Source of the DNA: a virus
Length of the DNA: 64,000 nt
Reading direction: 5' to 3' (one strand)
Virus record (IMG/VR): IMGVR_UViG_3300036985_004624
Numbering within the stretch: the first letter of the stretch is position 1; the number at the start of each line of letters is the position of its first letter. A program made the position numbers and the translations under genes. Under the pieces are notes generated by a model. It was not told where the DNA came from. It saw nothing but the letters and a program-made list of their open reading frames with translations, and did no database searches. Positions 18,350 through 29,685 of this stretch are shown in pieces.

Positions 18350-19123
18350 TTAGATGCTTCTACCACCATCAACTTCAATACATACACCGTTGATAAATGC
18401 AGAATCATCGCTTGCTAAGTAAAGAGCAGCATTTGCTATATCTTCCGATGTAACAAATCTTCGCATAGGAATTGCAGCAATTCTTACAGCAATCCTCTCC
18501 TTTGTTAGTGGGCCGCCTGCAAACGATTCACTTAAATTCGTGTTAGGATTAAACCCCGGATTAATGACATTCACCCTGATATTCTCGGGTCCTAATTCGG
18601 CGGCTAAAGATTTAGATGTAATAATCAACGCCGCTTTCGAACCATTATACCATGTTAACCCGGGCGGCGGCCTTAAACCTGCTGTAGAACCTATGTTAAT
18701 AAAATTTCCAATACCTTGTTTTCGAAAGATAGGTACGGCGTGCATCGTAGATAGGTATAAGCTCTTTATATTGGTGTCATAACACTTGTCAAATTCTTCT
18801 TCGGGTACATCTAATGCAGGCTGATAAAAATGCGTCCATCCTACATTATTTACAACAACATCTATTCTTCCATATTGTTGCACTGTATGTTGCATAAGAT
18901 TTTTAACTTCTTCAGTTTTTGTCATGTTTGCATAGACAAACTCTGCTCGATTACCGCAATTTATTATATCGTTAGCAATACGATTACCATTTTCTGTGTT
19001 TATATCATTTACAATAACTATTGCACCTTCACTCGCTAACTTAGCTGCCATCACTGAGCCGATTCCCGAACCTGCACCTGTCACAATTATTACTTTATCT
19101 TTTACTCTCATATTTTCTTTCAT
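18350..19123 (-). CDS. short-chain dehydrogenase/reductase
   Basis: TGAGSGIG, VNNVG, YNGSK, VDGG. Confidence 0.93.
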   Translation of the reverse strand: MKENMRVKDKVIIVTGAGSGIGSVMAAKLASEGAIVIVNDINTENGNRIANDIINCGNRAEFVYANMTKTEEVKNLMQHTVQQYGRIDVVVNNVGWTHFYQPALDVPEEEFDKCYDTNIKSLYLSTMHAVPIFRKQGIGNFINIGSTAGLRPPPGLTWYNGSKAALIITSKSLAAELGPENIRVNVINPGFNPNTNLSESFAGGPLTKERIAVRIAAIPMRRFVTSEDIANAALYLASDDSAFINGVCIEVDGGRSI

Positions 19124-19143
19124 ATTTTATTACTTATTACTTA

Positions 19144-20532
19144 CTATGCATTTAACTGATAGTCTATATAATTACGCACTAATCTAGTTTGTTTATCTAA
19201 AAAATCTAATACAGGTAAATCTTTTCGTTTTACAAGCAACATTTCATCAAATGTATAACCCAGCCCTACATTCTGAGCAAGATCAAACGCAGTAGGCATC
19301 GTATATTGGGCCTTGGCTTCAGTATTTAATATATTAGATAAAGAATATGCTTCGTTAAATGTAAAATGTTCATTTTTCCAGTTTAACCCCTCACTATGTT
19401 CAAACGAATATCCATATTTTTGATAGTCTAATTCAAATTCGGATAACCATACCTTACCTACATTCCGTGTAATATATAGTGCGCCAAAATTCCATTCATA
19501 CATTTCATTTTCTTTGCACCATTGATGAGTTTCTAATATACTATCCTTACTTTCTCCCGGTAAACCTGTTATTAATGCTATCTTCCACGTAATTTTATCA
19601 TTCCATTCTTTTTTTAATTTAAGTATATAATCTTTAAAATGTTTTCCATTCCACCCTTTTCCCACTGCTTTGGCGGCGCCTGGATGTAAGGTTTCGATAC
19701 CAAAGAATGCAGACCTTAAGCCAGAATCTTTCAATATTGTACTTTCGCCTGGTCTACTCCATATTAGGTCAAGTCTATTATATCCTACCCACTCGAGTTT
19801 AAAAGGTAAACTCTGTGCTATATTGGCAAGATTTATCATTTTCTCTTCGCTCTCGTTCACGGTATCGTCTGTGAAAAAATATCTGGTAGAACCCCATTTT
19901 TCATAATTTTCCAGAAATTCTGACTTTACAGATTCCATATCACGTAAATATGTTCCTTTTTTCTTACCTGTCATTGGCAAATTACAGAATTTACACTTAA
20001 AGTGGCATCCTCGGCCGAGCTCCATAGGTATTATCTCATGCGGTTGTATAAAATCATTTTCTTCAAAAGATTTATATAAGCACTTAATATCAAATAATTC
20101 ACGACGTACAAACTTGTTAGAGTGTTCGTCCATCCATTTAAGTAAAGAATCTTCTGCATAACTTCGGAATTTAATCCATTCATTACGTTGTTTGCCTATA
20201 GTCGATGCCGTGCCGCCTAAAAGCCAATATAATTTGTGTCTTGATTCTAGTTCTTTTCTACTGTTAAATACCCAGTCAGGTTCAGCAAATCTATTTACAA
20301 CATTTTCGAAATCTTGCCAGAATGTAGAACTGACACCTATTGCAATTGTTTCGGGACCTATATATTTTTCGGTTATTGTTACTAATTCTTCAGTTGTCAT
20401 CATATGACAGAAATCAATAACCTTAACAGTGTACCCGTTGCTTCTTAACCAGGATGCTAATTGATACACACCCAATGTCCTAACCGCAGCATATTGCCGA
20501 TGCATGGACGTCCATAGTATTAAATTAGCCAT
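19144..20532 (-). CDS. B12-binding-domain radical SAM protein
   Basis: LGVYQLASWLR, ELGRGCHFKCKFC, FGIETL. Confidence 0.88.
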   Translation of the reverse strand: MANLILWTSMHRQYAAVRTLGVYQLASWLRSNGYTVKVIDFCHMMTTEELVTITEKYIGPETIAIGVSSTFWQDFENVVNRFAEPDWVFNSRKELESRHKLYWLLGGTASTIGKQRNEWIKFRSYAEDSLLKWMDEHSNKFVRRELFDIKCLYKSFEENDFIQPHEIIPMELGRGCHFKCKFCNLPMTGKKKGTYLRDMESVKSEFLENYEKWGSTRYFFTDDTVNESEEKMINLANIAQSLPFKLEWVGYNRLDLIWSRPGESTILKDSGLRSAFFGIETLHPGAAKAVGKGWNGKHFKDYILKLKKEWNDKITWKIALITGLPGESKDSILETHQWCKENEMYEWNFGALYITRNVGKVWLSEFELDYQKYGYSFEHSEGLNWKNEHFTFNEAYSLSNILNTEAKAQYTMPTAFDLAQNVGLGYTFDEMLLVKRKDLPVLDFLDKQTRLVRNYIDYQLNA

Positions 20533-20565
20533 GGCAATAGAATAAACTTATTTTGTTATAATTCA

Positions 20566-20799
20566 TTAATCTGCGGTGAATACTGTATTGATGCCGCGTT
20601 CTGCATTATATAAGCGAACTGCAACATATCCATACAATAATTCTAGATCATGCTGTGTTAATGTCGGATTCTTGGTATGCAAATATGCAATAGCATCATT
20701 TTGTAAATTTTTGGAATCTATCGATCCGTACTTGTAAGTTTTAGCAAATACGCCCACAGTAGCCATAATTAAAATAAAAGAAATAATTAATTTTTTCAT
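20566..20799 (-). CDS. small secreted protein
   Basis: Signal peptide. Confidence 0.65.
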   Translation of the reverse strand: MKKLIISFILIMATVGVFAKTYKYGSIDSKNLQNDAIAYLHTKNPTLTQHDLELLYGYVAVRLYNAERGINTVFTAD

Positions 20800-20826
20800 A
20801 AAAACCTTATGTTAAATGTGTATTTA

Positions 20827-21258
20827 TTAACATTCAATAAATTCGCCATAGATCGCGATTTCCTCAAATAATTTCTTATCTGCGTAATTCTTAAAAAAGT
20901 ATTCAAAATTAACATAGTACCATGGACCGGTACATGCCCGATTTATTCTATATCGATTTTGTCTCAAGAACCACGGCATATCATCTATCGATAATTCTAC
21001 ACCGTGCCATTCAAATTTTACTTTCACTGAATATGTATAAGTGTTATATCTGCCATCTTCTTCCAAATCAGTAACTGTTGTAAGAGGCTTATTCCATTCC
21101 ATATCGCGTAAATCATATATTAATGTCAGCACATTATTACGAAGGTGATCCGGTATCTCTAAATCAGTCTTCTTTAAAAAGTGAACAATATATCTACATA
21201 TTACTTTAGGTAACTGATAAGGACTAAAGATAGGATATAGTATTTTGTATATTTTCAT
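20827..21258 (-). CDS. hypothetical protein
   Basis: TAATG-coupled ORF. Confidence 0.65.
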   Translation of the reverse strand: MKIYKILYPIFSPYQLPKVICRYIVHFLKKTDLEIPDHLRNNVLTLIYDLRDMEWNKPLTTVTDLEEDGRYNTYTYSVKVKFEWHGVELSIDDMPWFLRQNRYRINRACTGPWYYVNFEYFFKNYADKKLFEEIAIYGEFIEC

Positions 21259-22481
21259 TATAATACATCTGAAATAGTTTTAATAATATTATCGATCTGC
21301 AATTTCGACATTAAATAACCCGGACTAATAATTAATGATTTAGGATTACCTCGAGTAATAATTCCTCGTTCTCTAATTTTAGTTGCGAGTGCAGCACCTT
21401 TGTTTACAGCGGCATCGATTTGAACGTATCTATCTTCATATTGAGAAAAGTGTAACGCAATAAATAATCCGGAACTATCTATTTTATAACATCTAGATTC
21501 TATATCGTATTTTTCTAATCTGTCAAGTACATAATTACTCAATTCCGAAATAGTATCGTCTTCGATACAAGTTCTTATAATATCTATAGATGCCAAGGCC
21601 GCGGCGCACGATATCGGATGGCCTGCCATTGTATAACCATACGCAATAGCTTGATCACTATCAAACTTAAATGTGGTGACACAACAGCCTAATGGCATAT
21701 AACCGTTTGTTATTGCCTTACTAACAATCAACACATCGGGTATAACATTATATTTTTTCCATGCGAACATTTCACCTAATCTACCGAATCCGGAGATTAC
21801 TTCATCTAATATCAAGTATATGCCATATTTGTTTAATAATGTCTTTAATTTAGGTAATATATTTTCCTTCATAAAGAATCCGCCGCTTGCACCTATCATT
21901 GGTTCGGCAATAAAAGCTAGTACTTTTTCAGGATTGGCACGCTTAATCTTTCCCTCTATATAATCTAAATATTCATCAACAGATCGATTATCATAGAAAG
22001 AATAAAAATCGACGAAAATAAATTCATTATTACTAACTGACAGATTGCCCGAAGCAGATAATGTTGCTCTGGTGCTGCCGTGATAACTACCCGAATAAGA
22101 CATAACTTTATGCCTGTTTGACCCAGAATGTAATTTACACAAACCAATTGCACTATCAACTGCTTCGGACCCACTATTAGTAATATATAGTTGTTCAGCA
22201 AACGGAATATGTTGTTTAAGTTTATCTTCTAAGGCAGTTAAATATATATTTGTTTGAGAGATTCCCGGTATAATTGAAAAAATATGGCTAGATGGTAGAT
22301 TATTTGTGGCATCAAATATAGCAGTTTTTATAGTATCGGAACTATATCCTAGCGGACAGTTATATAGACCGGATATAGCATCCAAATATGACTTATCGCC
22401 TACTGTTACTTGATAATCGTTACAGGTCGTTACTTCGGCCAAAGAATTATTTATTTTAGAGAATGGGTGTAATGTTTTCAT
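21258..22481 (-). CDS. class III PLP aminotransferase
   Basis: YLDAISGL, NSGSEA, SYHGST, DEVISGFGRLG, SKAITNGY. Confidence 0.93.
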   Translation of the reverse strand: MKTLHPFSKINNSLAEVTTCNDYQVTVGDKSYLDAISGLYNCPLGYSSDTIKTAIFDATNNLPSSHIFSIIPGISQTNIYLTALEDKLKQHIPFAEQLYITNSGSEAVDSAIGLCKLHSGSNRHKVMSYSGSYHGSTRATLSASGNLSVSNNEFIFVDFYSFYDNRSVDEYLDYIEGKIKRANPEKVLAFIAEPMIGASGGFFMKENILPKLKTLLNKYGIYLILDEVISGFGRLGEMFAWKKYNVIPDVLIVSKAITNGYMPLGCCVTTFKFDSDQAIAYGYTMAGHPISCAAALASIDIIRTCIEDDTISELSNYVLDRLEKYDIESRCYKIDSSGLFIALHFSQYEDRYVQIDAAVNKGAALATKIRERGIITRGNPKSLIISPGYLMSKLQIDNIIKTISDVL

Positions 22482-23433
22482 TTGATAATATATTAATTAA
22501 TTCTGAATATTGTATATCTACAGGATAAAACGGGAGTTTTAATTCGGTTACTGTCTTCGTAATTTCGACTAATTCGCGATCTTCGATATTCCCCCACCGA
22601 TCTTTAAAGAATAAATCAATATTTTCATATCCCATGTATTTAGGACGAGGTTCCATATCGGGCCATAGCTTGTGATATATAAATGGCTTTAAATTAGCAC
22701 TTGCTATACCCATACACGATCTTTCATATTTTACAAGAGTTTTTATATCTTCACAAGTTAACCAAGACATCATCATTTCCGGAGTATACATAAAGAAGCG
22801 ATTGACCACATCTTCATCTTGATTAAATGCAGCATGTATAGGGCATATGGAAGTTTGTTCTTCAGAAATAAACATACCTTCTAAATTCGGGTACCCATTT
22901 ATACGAGACCTCATCATACTAATGTCTCCTCCACCCAAAATACACAAATACTCTTTACAGAATAATCTGACAGCTTCTGCATGTACCATTATGCCAGGTC
23001 TTGCCGATTTATACATCTGGGCATCGCCCAATAATCTTTCTTTTACATATTTGTTAAAATCAAAGTCATATAACTTAAACTTTATATTATTTTCTTTTAC
23101 ATATTTAAATGCATAAGCCGTATCGTGTTCATTAACGACCTCCCCATTATATATTATATTCAATATAAGTGCCTGGCATTCAACCTTTGCTTCTATCATA
23201 GCCCGCAGTATAACTTCGGAATCTACCCCGCCGGAGAAAAATACTAATATGGGTCTTGTTGCAGTCTCACCAATTAATTTACATGCATTTACACATTCTT
23301 CGCGAAAAGACATCGGCTGTCGTGTAATTTTACCAAAATTAACCCAATAAGGCAATGAGCCATTATCTTCAAAGTTATAAATACCTGATCCCCATCCAAA
23401 CTTAAAATGATTGTTATATGTGTAATTTTTCAT
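22456..23433 (-). CDS. PP-loop adenine nucleotide alpha hydrolase
   Basis: FSGGVDSE, RPKYMGYE. Confidence 0.75.
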   Translation of the reverse strand: MKNYTYNNHFKFGWGSGIYNFEDNGSLPYWVNFGKITRQPMSFREECVNACKLIGETATRPILVFFSGGVDSEVILRAMIEAKVECQALILNIIYNGEVVNEHDTAYAFKYVKENNIKFKLYDFDFNKYVKERLLGDAQMYKSARPGIMVHAEAVRLFCKEYLCILGGGDISMMRSRINGYPNLEGMFISEEQTSICPIHAAFNQDEDVVNRFFMYTPEMMMSWLTCEDIKTLVKYERSCMGIASANLKPFIYHKLWPDMEPRPKYMGYENIDLFFKDRWGNIEDRELVEITKTVTELKLPFYPVDIQYSELINILSNENITPIL

Positions 23434-23866
23434 GTCGTTAAATAAAATATTGTATTTCCTCGATGTATTTCAGGAAGAAAAGAAAAAAGAATTCATAGAT
23501 TTTTTAAAATCGTGTAAGATAAAAGCTATAGATAGCCACCAATGGAACATATATAAGATAACTAATTTACCTTCAGGGCTAGGTTTATCTGATGATCCAT
23601 TGATAGTACAATTCAATAAAGAAAAAGAATATATAAGATATAATGTATGGGAATTAGAATTCGAAGATACTGAAGATTTTCTAGCATGTAGGTTAATATT
23701 TAAGGATGTTATATGTTTAAATAAAATACCGAAACAAATCAAATATACATACACTTGTGCGGGTATCGAACAACACATATTTGCTCTTATAGAAAAATCT
23801 GATTGGAAATCCCCGTTTAAATTCTTATTCGTCGACCGTTGTATACCCGGTAATATCTCGTGTTAG
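23432..23866 (+). CDS. hypothetical protein, only plausible plus-strand gene
   Basis: 144-aa ORF exactly filling a gap. Confidence 0.55.
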   Translation: MSLNKILYFLDVFQEEKKKEFIDFLKSCKIKAIDSHQWNIYKITNLPSGLGLSDDPLIVQFNKEKEYIRYNVWELEFEDTEDFLACRLIFKDVICLNKIPKQIKYTYTCAGIEQHIFALIEKSDWKSPFKFLFVDRCIPGNISC

Positions 23867-24760
23867 CTCACTTAACGTTCTACTAACTCTGTTTCTATAC
23901 TTTAAACCTTTATATTTCTTTTCTAAAAAATTCTCGAACTCTTCTATCTTCTGATCAATTGGCTCGAAACCCGTCATCTTTTTCCTAGATATTAAATCGG
24001 GGTATACTTCCCTGTACCCTAGTATCTTTGTAGAATTCACACCTAATTTACCATAATACTTATCATTTATTAATTCTTTGAACCAAAATAAATTCGTATA
24101 TGAAATCACTAGCCCGGGTGTCCATTTAAACCATTCGCCTATCGCAGGCCTATCAAGATACCTAATATATTTCGAATACCCGATATCGTGCTCGTAGCAT
24201 ATCGATATCCAATCACCCTTGACATCATAACCTATATTTTCTCCGTCTACCCTATACCAGGATGGATCGCTGGAACAATAAATAGGTAAACCATCTGCAT
24301 AATCTATAAATTTTAATTGTGGTAAGGCCCTTGGAAAATCTATTTGTGCCCTTTCAGAAATTAATTCTGCATCATTTTCAAAAAACTTGTTTAAGTTAAA
24401 ATCTATCAACTTATACTCTATATTAAGCGAAGCACATATTGCAATAGCATAACTGACATCTAATATATTAATGTCGTCTTCGTACCTAAATATAATAACT
24501 TCGGGATTCACGCCTATGTCTTTGTATGTTCTTAAAACAATTTCGCTATCGACACCGCCACTAAAAAATATAGTAGGACGAAGATTCGGATAATAGTCTA
24601 TCGTACTCTTGGCAGCTTTCTTTAATTCTTCCTTGAAGCTACCTATATGTTCATAACACTTTTTAAAATGTGTACTAAATCTACTATTCCCTGTCTGTCT
24701 ACCAAAATGCGGGTCGTCACCATATTGCCAACTATACCAATTATTTTCAGAAGTAAACAT
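23825..24760 (-). CDS. PP-loop adenine nucleotide alpha hydrolase
   Basis: FSGGVDSE, RKKMTGFE. Confidence 0.75.
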   Translation of the reverse strand: MFTSENNWYSWQYGDDPHFGRQTGNSRFSTHFKKCYEHIGSFKEELKKAAKSTIDYYPNLRPTIFFSGGVDSEIVLRTYKDIGVNPEVIIFRYEDDINILDVSYAIAICASLNIEYKLIDFNLNKFFENDAELISERAQIDFPRALPQLKFIDYADGLPIYCSSDPSWYRVDGENIGYDVKGDWISICYEHDIGYSKYIRYLDRPAIGEWFKWTPGLVISYTNLFWFKELINDKYYGKLGVNSTKILGYREVYPDLISRKKMTGFEPIDQKIEEFENFLEKKYKGLKYRNRVSRTLSELTRDITGYTTVDE

Positions 24761-25192
24761 TTACTCGACACCCTTATAAGTTCCAAATAATATATCCCAG
24801 TGTGGGAAAAATAGTCCATAATTCTTATTATGCATTTTATGATGTATTCTGTGCCATTTACCCGAAGTTATTAATGGAAAATCTATATCTACGTTATGTT
24901 CTATACTCTCCTGTATAAATGCTGCCCATATATAATAGAAAATACATAACCACCACTGCCACGTAATAGCACAAAAAATAACAGTAGGAATAACTTCGGT
25001 AATCCAAAGATCTAGCGTACTTATCCATGTATCATTAAATAAGAATAGATTATTCCAGTGCCAGCCTAAATCATTTGTGTTGGCATATATATGATGATGC
25101 CAGTGTATTCTTTGTATAATAAGTGTCTTATGGCCCAAACGATGGACACAATATAGCATCAACGTCCATAATAAGAAATATACTAAAAACAT
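24761..25192 (-). CDS. sterol desaturase/fatty acid hydroxylase family
   Basis: HRLGH, HWHHH, EH, HRIHH..NYGLFFPHWDILFGT. Confidence 0.9.
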   Translation of the reverse strand: MFLVYFLLWTLMLYCVHRLGHKTLIIQRIHWHHHIYANTNDLGWHWNNLFLFNDTWISTLDLWITEVIPTVIFCAITWQWWLCIFYYIWAAFIQESIEHNVDIDFPLITSGKWHRIHHKMHNKNYGLFFPHWDILFGTYKGVE

Positions 25193-25280
25193 AATTAAAA
25201 TTTATCAATATTTATAAGGTCAGAGTGCATAGAGTTTACTTCTGGACATTCTAAATGTAGTACCTTTAAATTGTTAATTG

Positions 25281-26135
25281 TTATTCGCCTTTGATTAGTT
25301 CGCCGCTGTGTGCAGACTTTAGCCATCTAAGGTTTAAGTCTGCCTGATTACATAAGCTATTATAATTCCATGTATTTCTTTCAACGAATTTATTGTATAT
25401 TTCTTTATGTGTCCATGCACCGATCGATCTATCATACAAATGATCTACGGCTGGCGCAAGGCCGACAAAAGACTCTTTCATAAACTCGCTTAAATCTGCA
25501 AAAATAGGAAGATTATTGTAAAGAACCACTATGCTAGCATCAGATAAATTAAATGTCCAATTTAATTTTATATTATACGCCTTACAAATTGTTTCCATAA
25601 ATGCAAATCTTTCCTCTAGCATATATCTAATATTATGCGGATTATTCAGTTTTTTATTGGCATCTAATTGTATTAACCACGTATTTAATTCTTCATCACT
25701 CACTATACCGCCTGTATGACAAAATCTGGCGGAACTCTCTCTTGTACTTACATTATAACACTTCCCTGATTTATTGACATATTCGTATCCATCAAATCTG
25801 GGTATTGTCATGTATACATATTCGGGTGCTCCAAAATTCTGTATATAAGCATACAGTCGCCGTACCATAGACGGAACACCAGATCCTACTGTACCCAAAG
25901 CAATAAAAGGTTCATTTGGATGAAAGTCAGTATGATGCATAACAGGCCACCTGTATTCTACATCTAGAAGATTCATCATGTCGCAGGTACCTAAATATAC
26001 AACTTTACTCGGTTGCAATTTATCTCCACGATACCCCTCCTCATTTATCTCGGTGATAAATTGATTATAGCTTCTATAAGACTCTATTTCCCAGAAGCGA
26101 AGATGATGATCGGAAGTTTCGTTCCAATATGTCAT
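25281..26135 (-). CDS. hypothetical protein (possibly SGNH-like)
   Basis: INEEGYRG..YLGTC. Confidence 0.6.
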   Translation of the reverse strand: MTYWNETSDHHLRFWEIESYRSYNQFITEINEEGYRGDKLQPSKVVYLGTCDMMNLLDVEYRWPVMHHTDFHPNEPFIALGTVGSGVPSMVRRLYAYIQNFGAPEYVYMTIPRFDGYEYVNKSGKCYNVSTRESSARFCHTGGIVSDEELNTWLIQLDANKKLNNPHNIRYMLEERFAFMETICKAYNIKLNWTFNLSDASIVVLYNNLPIFADLSEFMKESFVGLAPAVDHLYDRSIGAWTHKEIYNKFVERNTWNYNSLCNQADLNLRWLKSAHSGELIKGE

Positions 26136-26713
26136 ACAATAAATTCCCTAACAGTACTGCTACGATAACCCAATAATCTATCTCCTATAAAAACAGAAAT
26201 TCTGAATCTTCTATCCCCTATGCATTCTGCTTCTGTGACTGTCATTTTTGACATAATGTTATTCTTTATGATATCAGAAAATACAGATGTATCCGGGATT
26301 TCAAACACGGCAAAGATAACCTTATCATCCGATCCCATAGGCCCATATACTTTCTCGAATCCTTTTTCTATCACGCCGCGGCAAATATCTGTGATATAAT
26401 AACAAACATTAAACGGTGTAATCTCGTCATCTATAGCATGACTAGATGCTACTTTAGTTTCCAGGTGAACCTCTGTCGGGGAATATGAAAAGTAAAAACG
26501 AATATCGTTTGTTTCAAATTGCCCAGTTATATAGCCATCTAGTTTATCTGTGCTTATTTTAAATTCACCCTGCGATAAAAAAGGTTTTCTGAATTGTATT
26601 TTGAAGTTTTTTACATTACCATAAATTTTATTTATGACTGTAAGTGCATCGGCTATGACGACAGCATTATTGAGATAGTTTCTGTCGCCGATTGAGAAGA
26701 AGTTTGCTAACAT
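26132..26713 (-). CDS. hypothetical protein
   Basis: 193-aa ORF with RBS. Confidence 0.65.
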   Translation of the reverse strand: MLANFFSIGDRNYLNNAVVIADALTVINKIYGNVKNFKIQFRKPFLSQGEFKISTDKLDGYITGQFETNDIRFYFSYSPTEVHLETKVASSHAIDDEITPFNVCYYITDICRGVIEKGFEKVYGPMGSDDKVIFAVFEIPDTSVFSDIIKNNIMSKMTVTEAECIGDRRFRISVFIGDRLLGYRSSTVREFIV

Positions 26714-26760
26714 ATTGTGTCCTTGTAAGGGGGTGTGAATTATTCTATTAACAGTATAAT

Positions 26761-27594
26761 TTAATTAGCGATATTTGTCAAGAAATGAGTAACGGGTGTA
26801 TAATATTTCTGGTCGTATTGACCTACACTTTCTTTAAGATGATTTCTTAATGGCATATCCCATTCTTGTATTAATTCAAATCCAGTCTTTTTAGTTCTAT
26901 CCTCAAATTCAAAAATATCAGAGAAACATGCATGTTTATGATCCAATAGTCTTGCTACGTGGGCGGCCATCAATAATTTAACTGTAGGTAAATTCAGGAA
27001 AGCAGATATTAAGCGACCATCCTGTTTCCAAAATTGAAATACACCCGGAATGTTGTTTAATATACAAAAATTATTTAATGTAAATTCTCGTTGCTCATCC
27101 ATCATATAGTACTGTTTGTTCATTAATACTATATCCATCTCACCATTACCTGCAATAAAGAAATACCCTTCCTCTGAACACCATTTCATTATATACATAT
27201 GACATGCGTACTGTGGTGAAAATGACTGGGCCGATAAAGCATAATCAATTAAAATTTTATCATCTGTAAATATGTCTATATCACAATATACTTTGTCTAT
27301 ATTATGTTCAAGGCACCATCTCTCAGCATATTCATAATCTTGTTTATTAAATATTTCACCAGATTTATTTTGTAGTCGACCAATAACACATATAAATGGT
27401 ATATTTGCAAGAAATAATGATTCTGCGACAAGCTGGCTATCTATTCCTCCACTCATCATTACCGCAATAGGCAAATTATTATGATTTTGCAGGTTTGCAT
27501 TATGTGCCGCTGCTATACATTCTGTTTTGAAGTCTGCTACCGGAGAAGTAACAGTGTCGTATTCGACAAAAAATGGATTAAATTGGTATTTCAT
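26761..27594 (-). CDS. PP-loop adenine nucleotide alpha hydrolase
   Basis: MSGGIDSQ, RTKKTGFE. Confidence 0.75.
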   Translation of the reverse strand: MKYQFNPFFVEYDTVTSPVADFKTECIAAAHNANLQNHNNLPIAVMMSGGIDSQLVAESLFLANIPFICVIGRLQNKSGEIFNKQDYEYAERWCLEHNIDKVYCDIDIFTDDKILIDYALSAQSFSPQYACHMYIMKWCSEEGYFFIAGNGEMDIVLMNKQYYMMDEQREFTLNNFCILNNIPGVFQFWKQDGRLISAFLNLPTVKLLMAAHVARLLDHKHACFSDIFEFEDRTKKTGFELIQEWDMPLRNHLKESVGQYDQKYYTPVTHFLTNIAN

Positions 27595-29128
27595 AGTTTA
27601 TTTGATTTAATAATTTCATTTTATATTGATCGATGTAAGATTCTATTAATTTTAGTTCTCGCATGTTTTCAACAAATTTTTTACGACTACTTCCTATCAA
27701 TGACGCTGGTGATATACCCAAATTACTTGCCATAATAACAGGATATCCTGCACAGCGCCATCTATCATTTTTTCTGCCGCTATCTATAAAAGACTGGGCC
27801 ATTAATTGTGCGCTCTTAAATGTGAAATGACTGTTATACCAGTTGCCGTTTTCACCTAATACATACCCATATTTTTCCGCCGATGATTCAAACTCGGATC
27901 TCCATATTCTACTTTTCTTGGTAGTTTTAGTAATATATAGTGGTTCAAATTGAAAAAAATCTAACGGACAATCCGGCTCTAACAACCATTGCGACCACTC
28001 TGTTACTGTTTCAGGTGTATCATGCGGTAATCCTACAATAAATCCTGAAGTGGTGGCGACTTCATTTTTCCATATATCATTCTTTAACCAGTATAATAAT
28101 TCTTTTGTCTTATCGGGGTGAAGGCCTTTTCCTATTGCCTTGCCTGATTCATGATTTAATGTTTCTATACCAAAGATAGCAGATCTTAATCCGGATTCTC
28201 TCAATAATATAGCAGTTTCTTTGTGTGCATATATCAAATCATGTCGCAAATATGCAGCATATTCTAATTCGAAAGGTAGACTCGATACTATACGATGAAG
28301 TTGCTCCAACTTTTCTATCGAATCATTGTGTGTATCATCCAGATAAACATATCTTGTTATACCTTTTTCATAATAATTTTTAAGAAACTCATCTTTCAAT
28401 ATAGATTCTTTCTTAATAAAATCTAATTTCTTTTTTCCATTCGATGGATATGAACAAAATTTACATCTAAAAATACAACCCCTAGCTATCTCTATAGGAA
28501 GTGCCTCATCATTTGAGATATGATCAGTATCATGCCATTCAAATATGCTATCTGTGAAGTCGAATTTTCCAAGATTTTTCTCGCCAAAAAACATTATTTG
28601 TGTATCATTTAGCTGATCATATTGGAAAAACGGGTTCTTACCCTCGAGATACTTCATATATTCGACAACTGCTTGGTCGCAATAGCCTATTGCATAAGCA
28701 TCACATAAACCTTTCATTTCGTTAGTCTTCGATCCGCCTAATACAATTTTTAAGTTAGGATTAATATCTTTCATTTTCTTAAACCATGCCATCATTCTAT
28801 CGGTATGATAAGGATAGTGTGGAGTTTTCATTCTATTGCCGGGCGGCTGTGTATCTTTTCCCGTCTGAAATTTTTGAAATTTATCTAGTCTTTCATCTGT
28901 GTACATAAAAAAAGTAGACGAAAAACCGACTATCAATGTTTCCGAACTAATAAAAGAAGACATTATTTTTTCCATCTCTTCTTCAGAAAATTCGGTAAAA
29001 AAATCTACAACCTGACAGGTATATCCAGATTTTCTAATCTCATTTGCAATTCTGTATGCCCCGATTGATCGCCCGACTCCGCGGCGATTATCCATTAGCT
29101 CTGTGAATATTAATGCGTTAACGCTCAT
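27578..29128 (-). CDS. B12-binding-domain radical SAM protein (start MSVNAL)
   Basis: IGAYRIANEIR, EIARGCIFRCKFC, FGIETL. Confidence 0.88.
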   Translation of the reverse strand: MSVNALIFTELMDNRRGVGRSIGAYRIANEIRKSGYTCQVVDFFTEFSEEEMEKIMSSFISSETLIVGFSSTFFMYTDERLDKFQKFQTGKDTQPPGNRMKTPHYPYHTDRMMAWFKKMKDINPNLKIVLGGSKTNEMKGLCDAYAIGYCDQAVVEYMKYLEGKNPFFQYDQLNDTQIMFFGEKNLGKFDFTDSIFEWHDTDHISNDEALPIEIARGCIFRCKFCSYPSNGKKKLDFIKKESILKDEFLKNYYEKGITRYVYLDDTHNDSIEKLEQLHRIVSSLPFELEYAAYLRHDLIYAHKETAILLRESGLRSAIFGIETLNHESGKAIGKGLHPDKTKELLYWLKNDIWKNEVATTSGFIVGLPHDTPETVTEWSQWLLEPDCPLDFFQFEPLYITKTTKKSRIWRSEFESSAEKYGYVLGENGNWYNSHFTFKSAQLMAQSFIDSGRKNDRWRCAGYPVIMASNLGISPASLIGSSRKKFVENMRELKLIESYIDQYKMKLLNQINYEIPI

Positions 29129-29589
29129 TGCTGATTTAAAGATATATAACAGTAAGCATTGGCTTCGCTTGTTTCGCTTTGTTCCCAATTTGATGTTAAG
29201 ACAAATCCGGCAGACTCATACGTAGGCCACGATGTTTTTCTAGAATAACTCCATACCGAATTAGCACCATATATCTTAGATTCTGCTATCGTAGCTTCAA
29301 GCAGTAGCTTACCAAATCCTTGTTTACGGTTGTTGGGTGAGACCCAGAGTCCTCTGGAGCGGGCGCTACCGTCGACACACATATGGCCACTATTAACCCC
29401 TATCAATTCCTCGTTTACAATACATCCGAGATACCAGCTGGGCAATGAAAAATTACCCATGTCATATTCTTTATATAAGTGTAGCATAGCACTATGAGTT
29501 TCTATTGCGGATACTCTATTAGGCCATAATTCTTCTGCCCAAATAGGCAATATAGTTTCAAAGTCGATTTTTATAATTTTGTTGGGCAT
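29125..29589 (-). CDS. GNAT acetyltransferase
   Basis: GLWVSPNNRKQGFGKLL, YESAGF. Confidence 0.88.
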   Translation of the reverse strand: MPNKIIKIDFETILPIWAEELWPNRVSAIETHSAMLHLYKEYDMGNFSLPSWYLGCIVNEELIGVNSGHMCVDGSARSRGLWVSPNNRKQGFGKLLLEATIAESKIYGANSVWSYSRKTSWPTYESAGFVLTSNWEQSETSEANAYCYISLNQQ

Positions 29590-29685
29590 AGTTATATTTA
29601 TGTAGTAAAAACTGATAAAATCATAATTATCGGTATTTTAGGTCAAAAAAATACCCACTATCGTTTAAGATAGCAGGTATTTCTA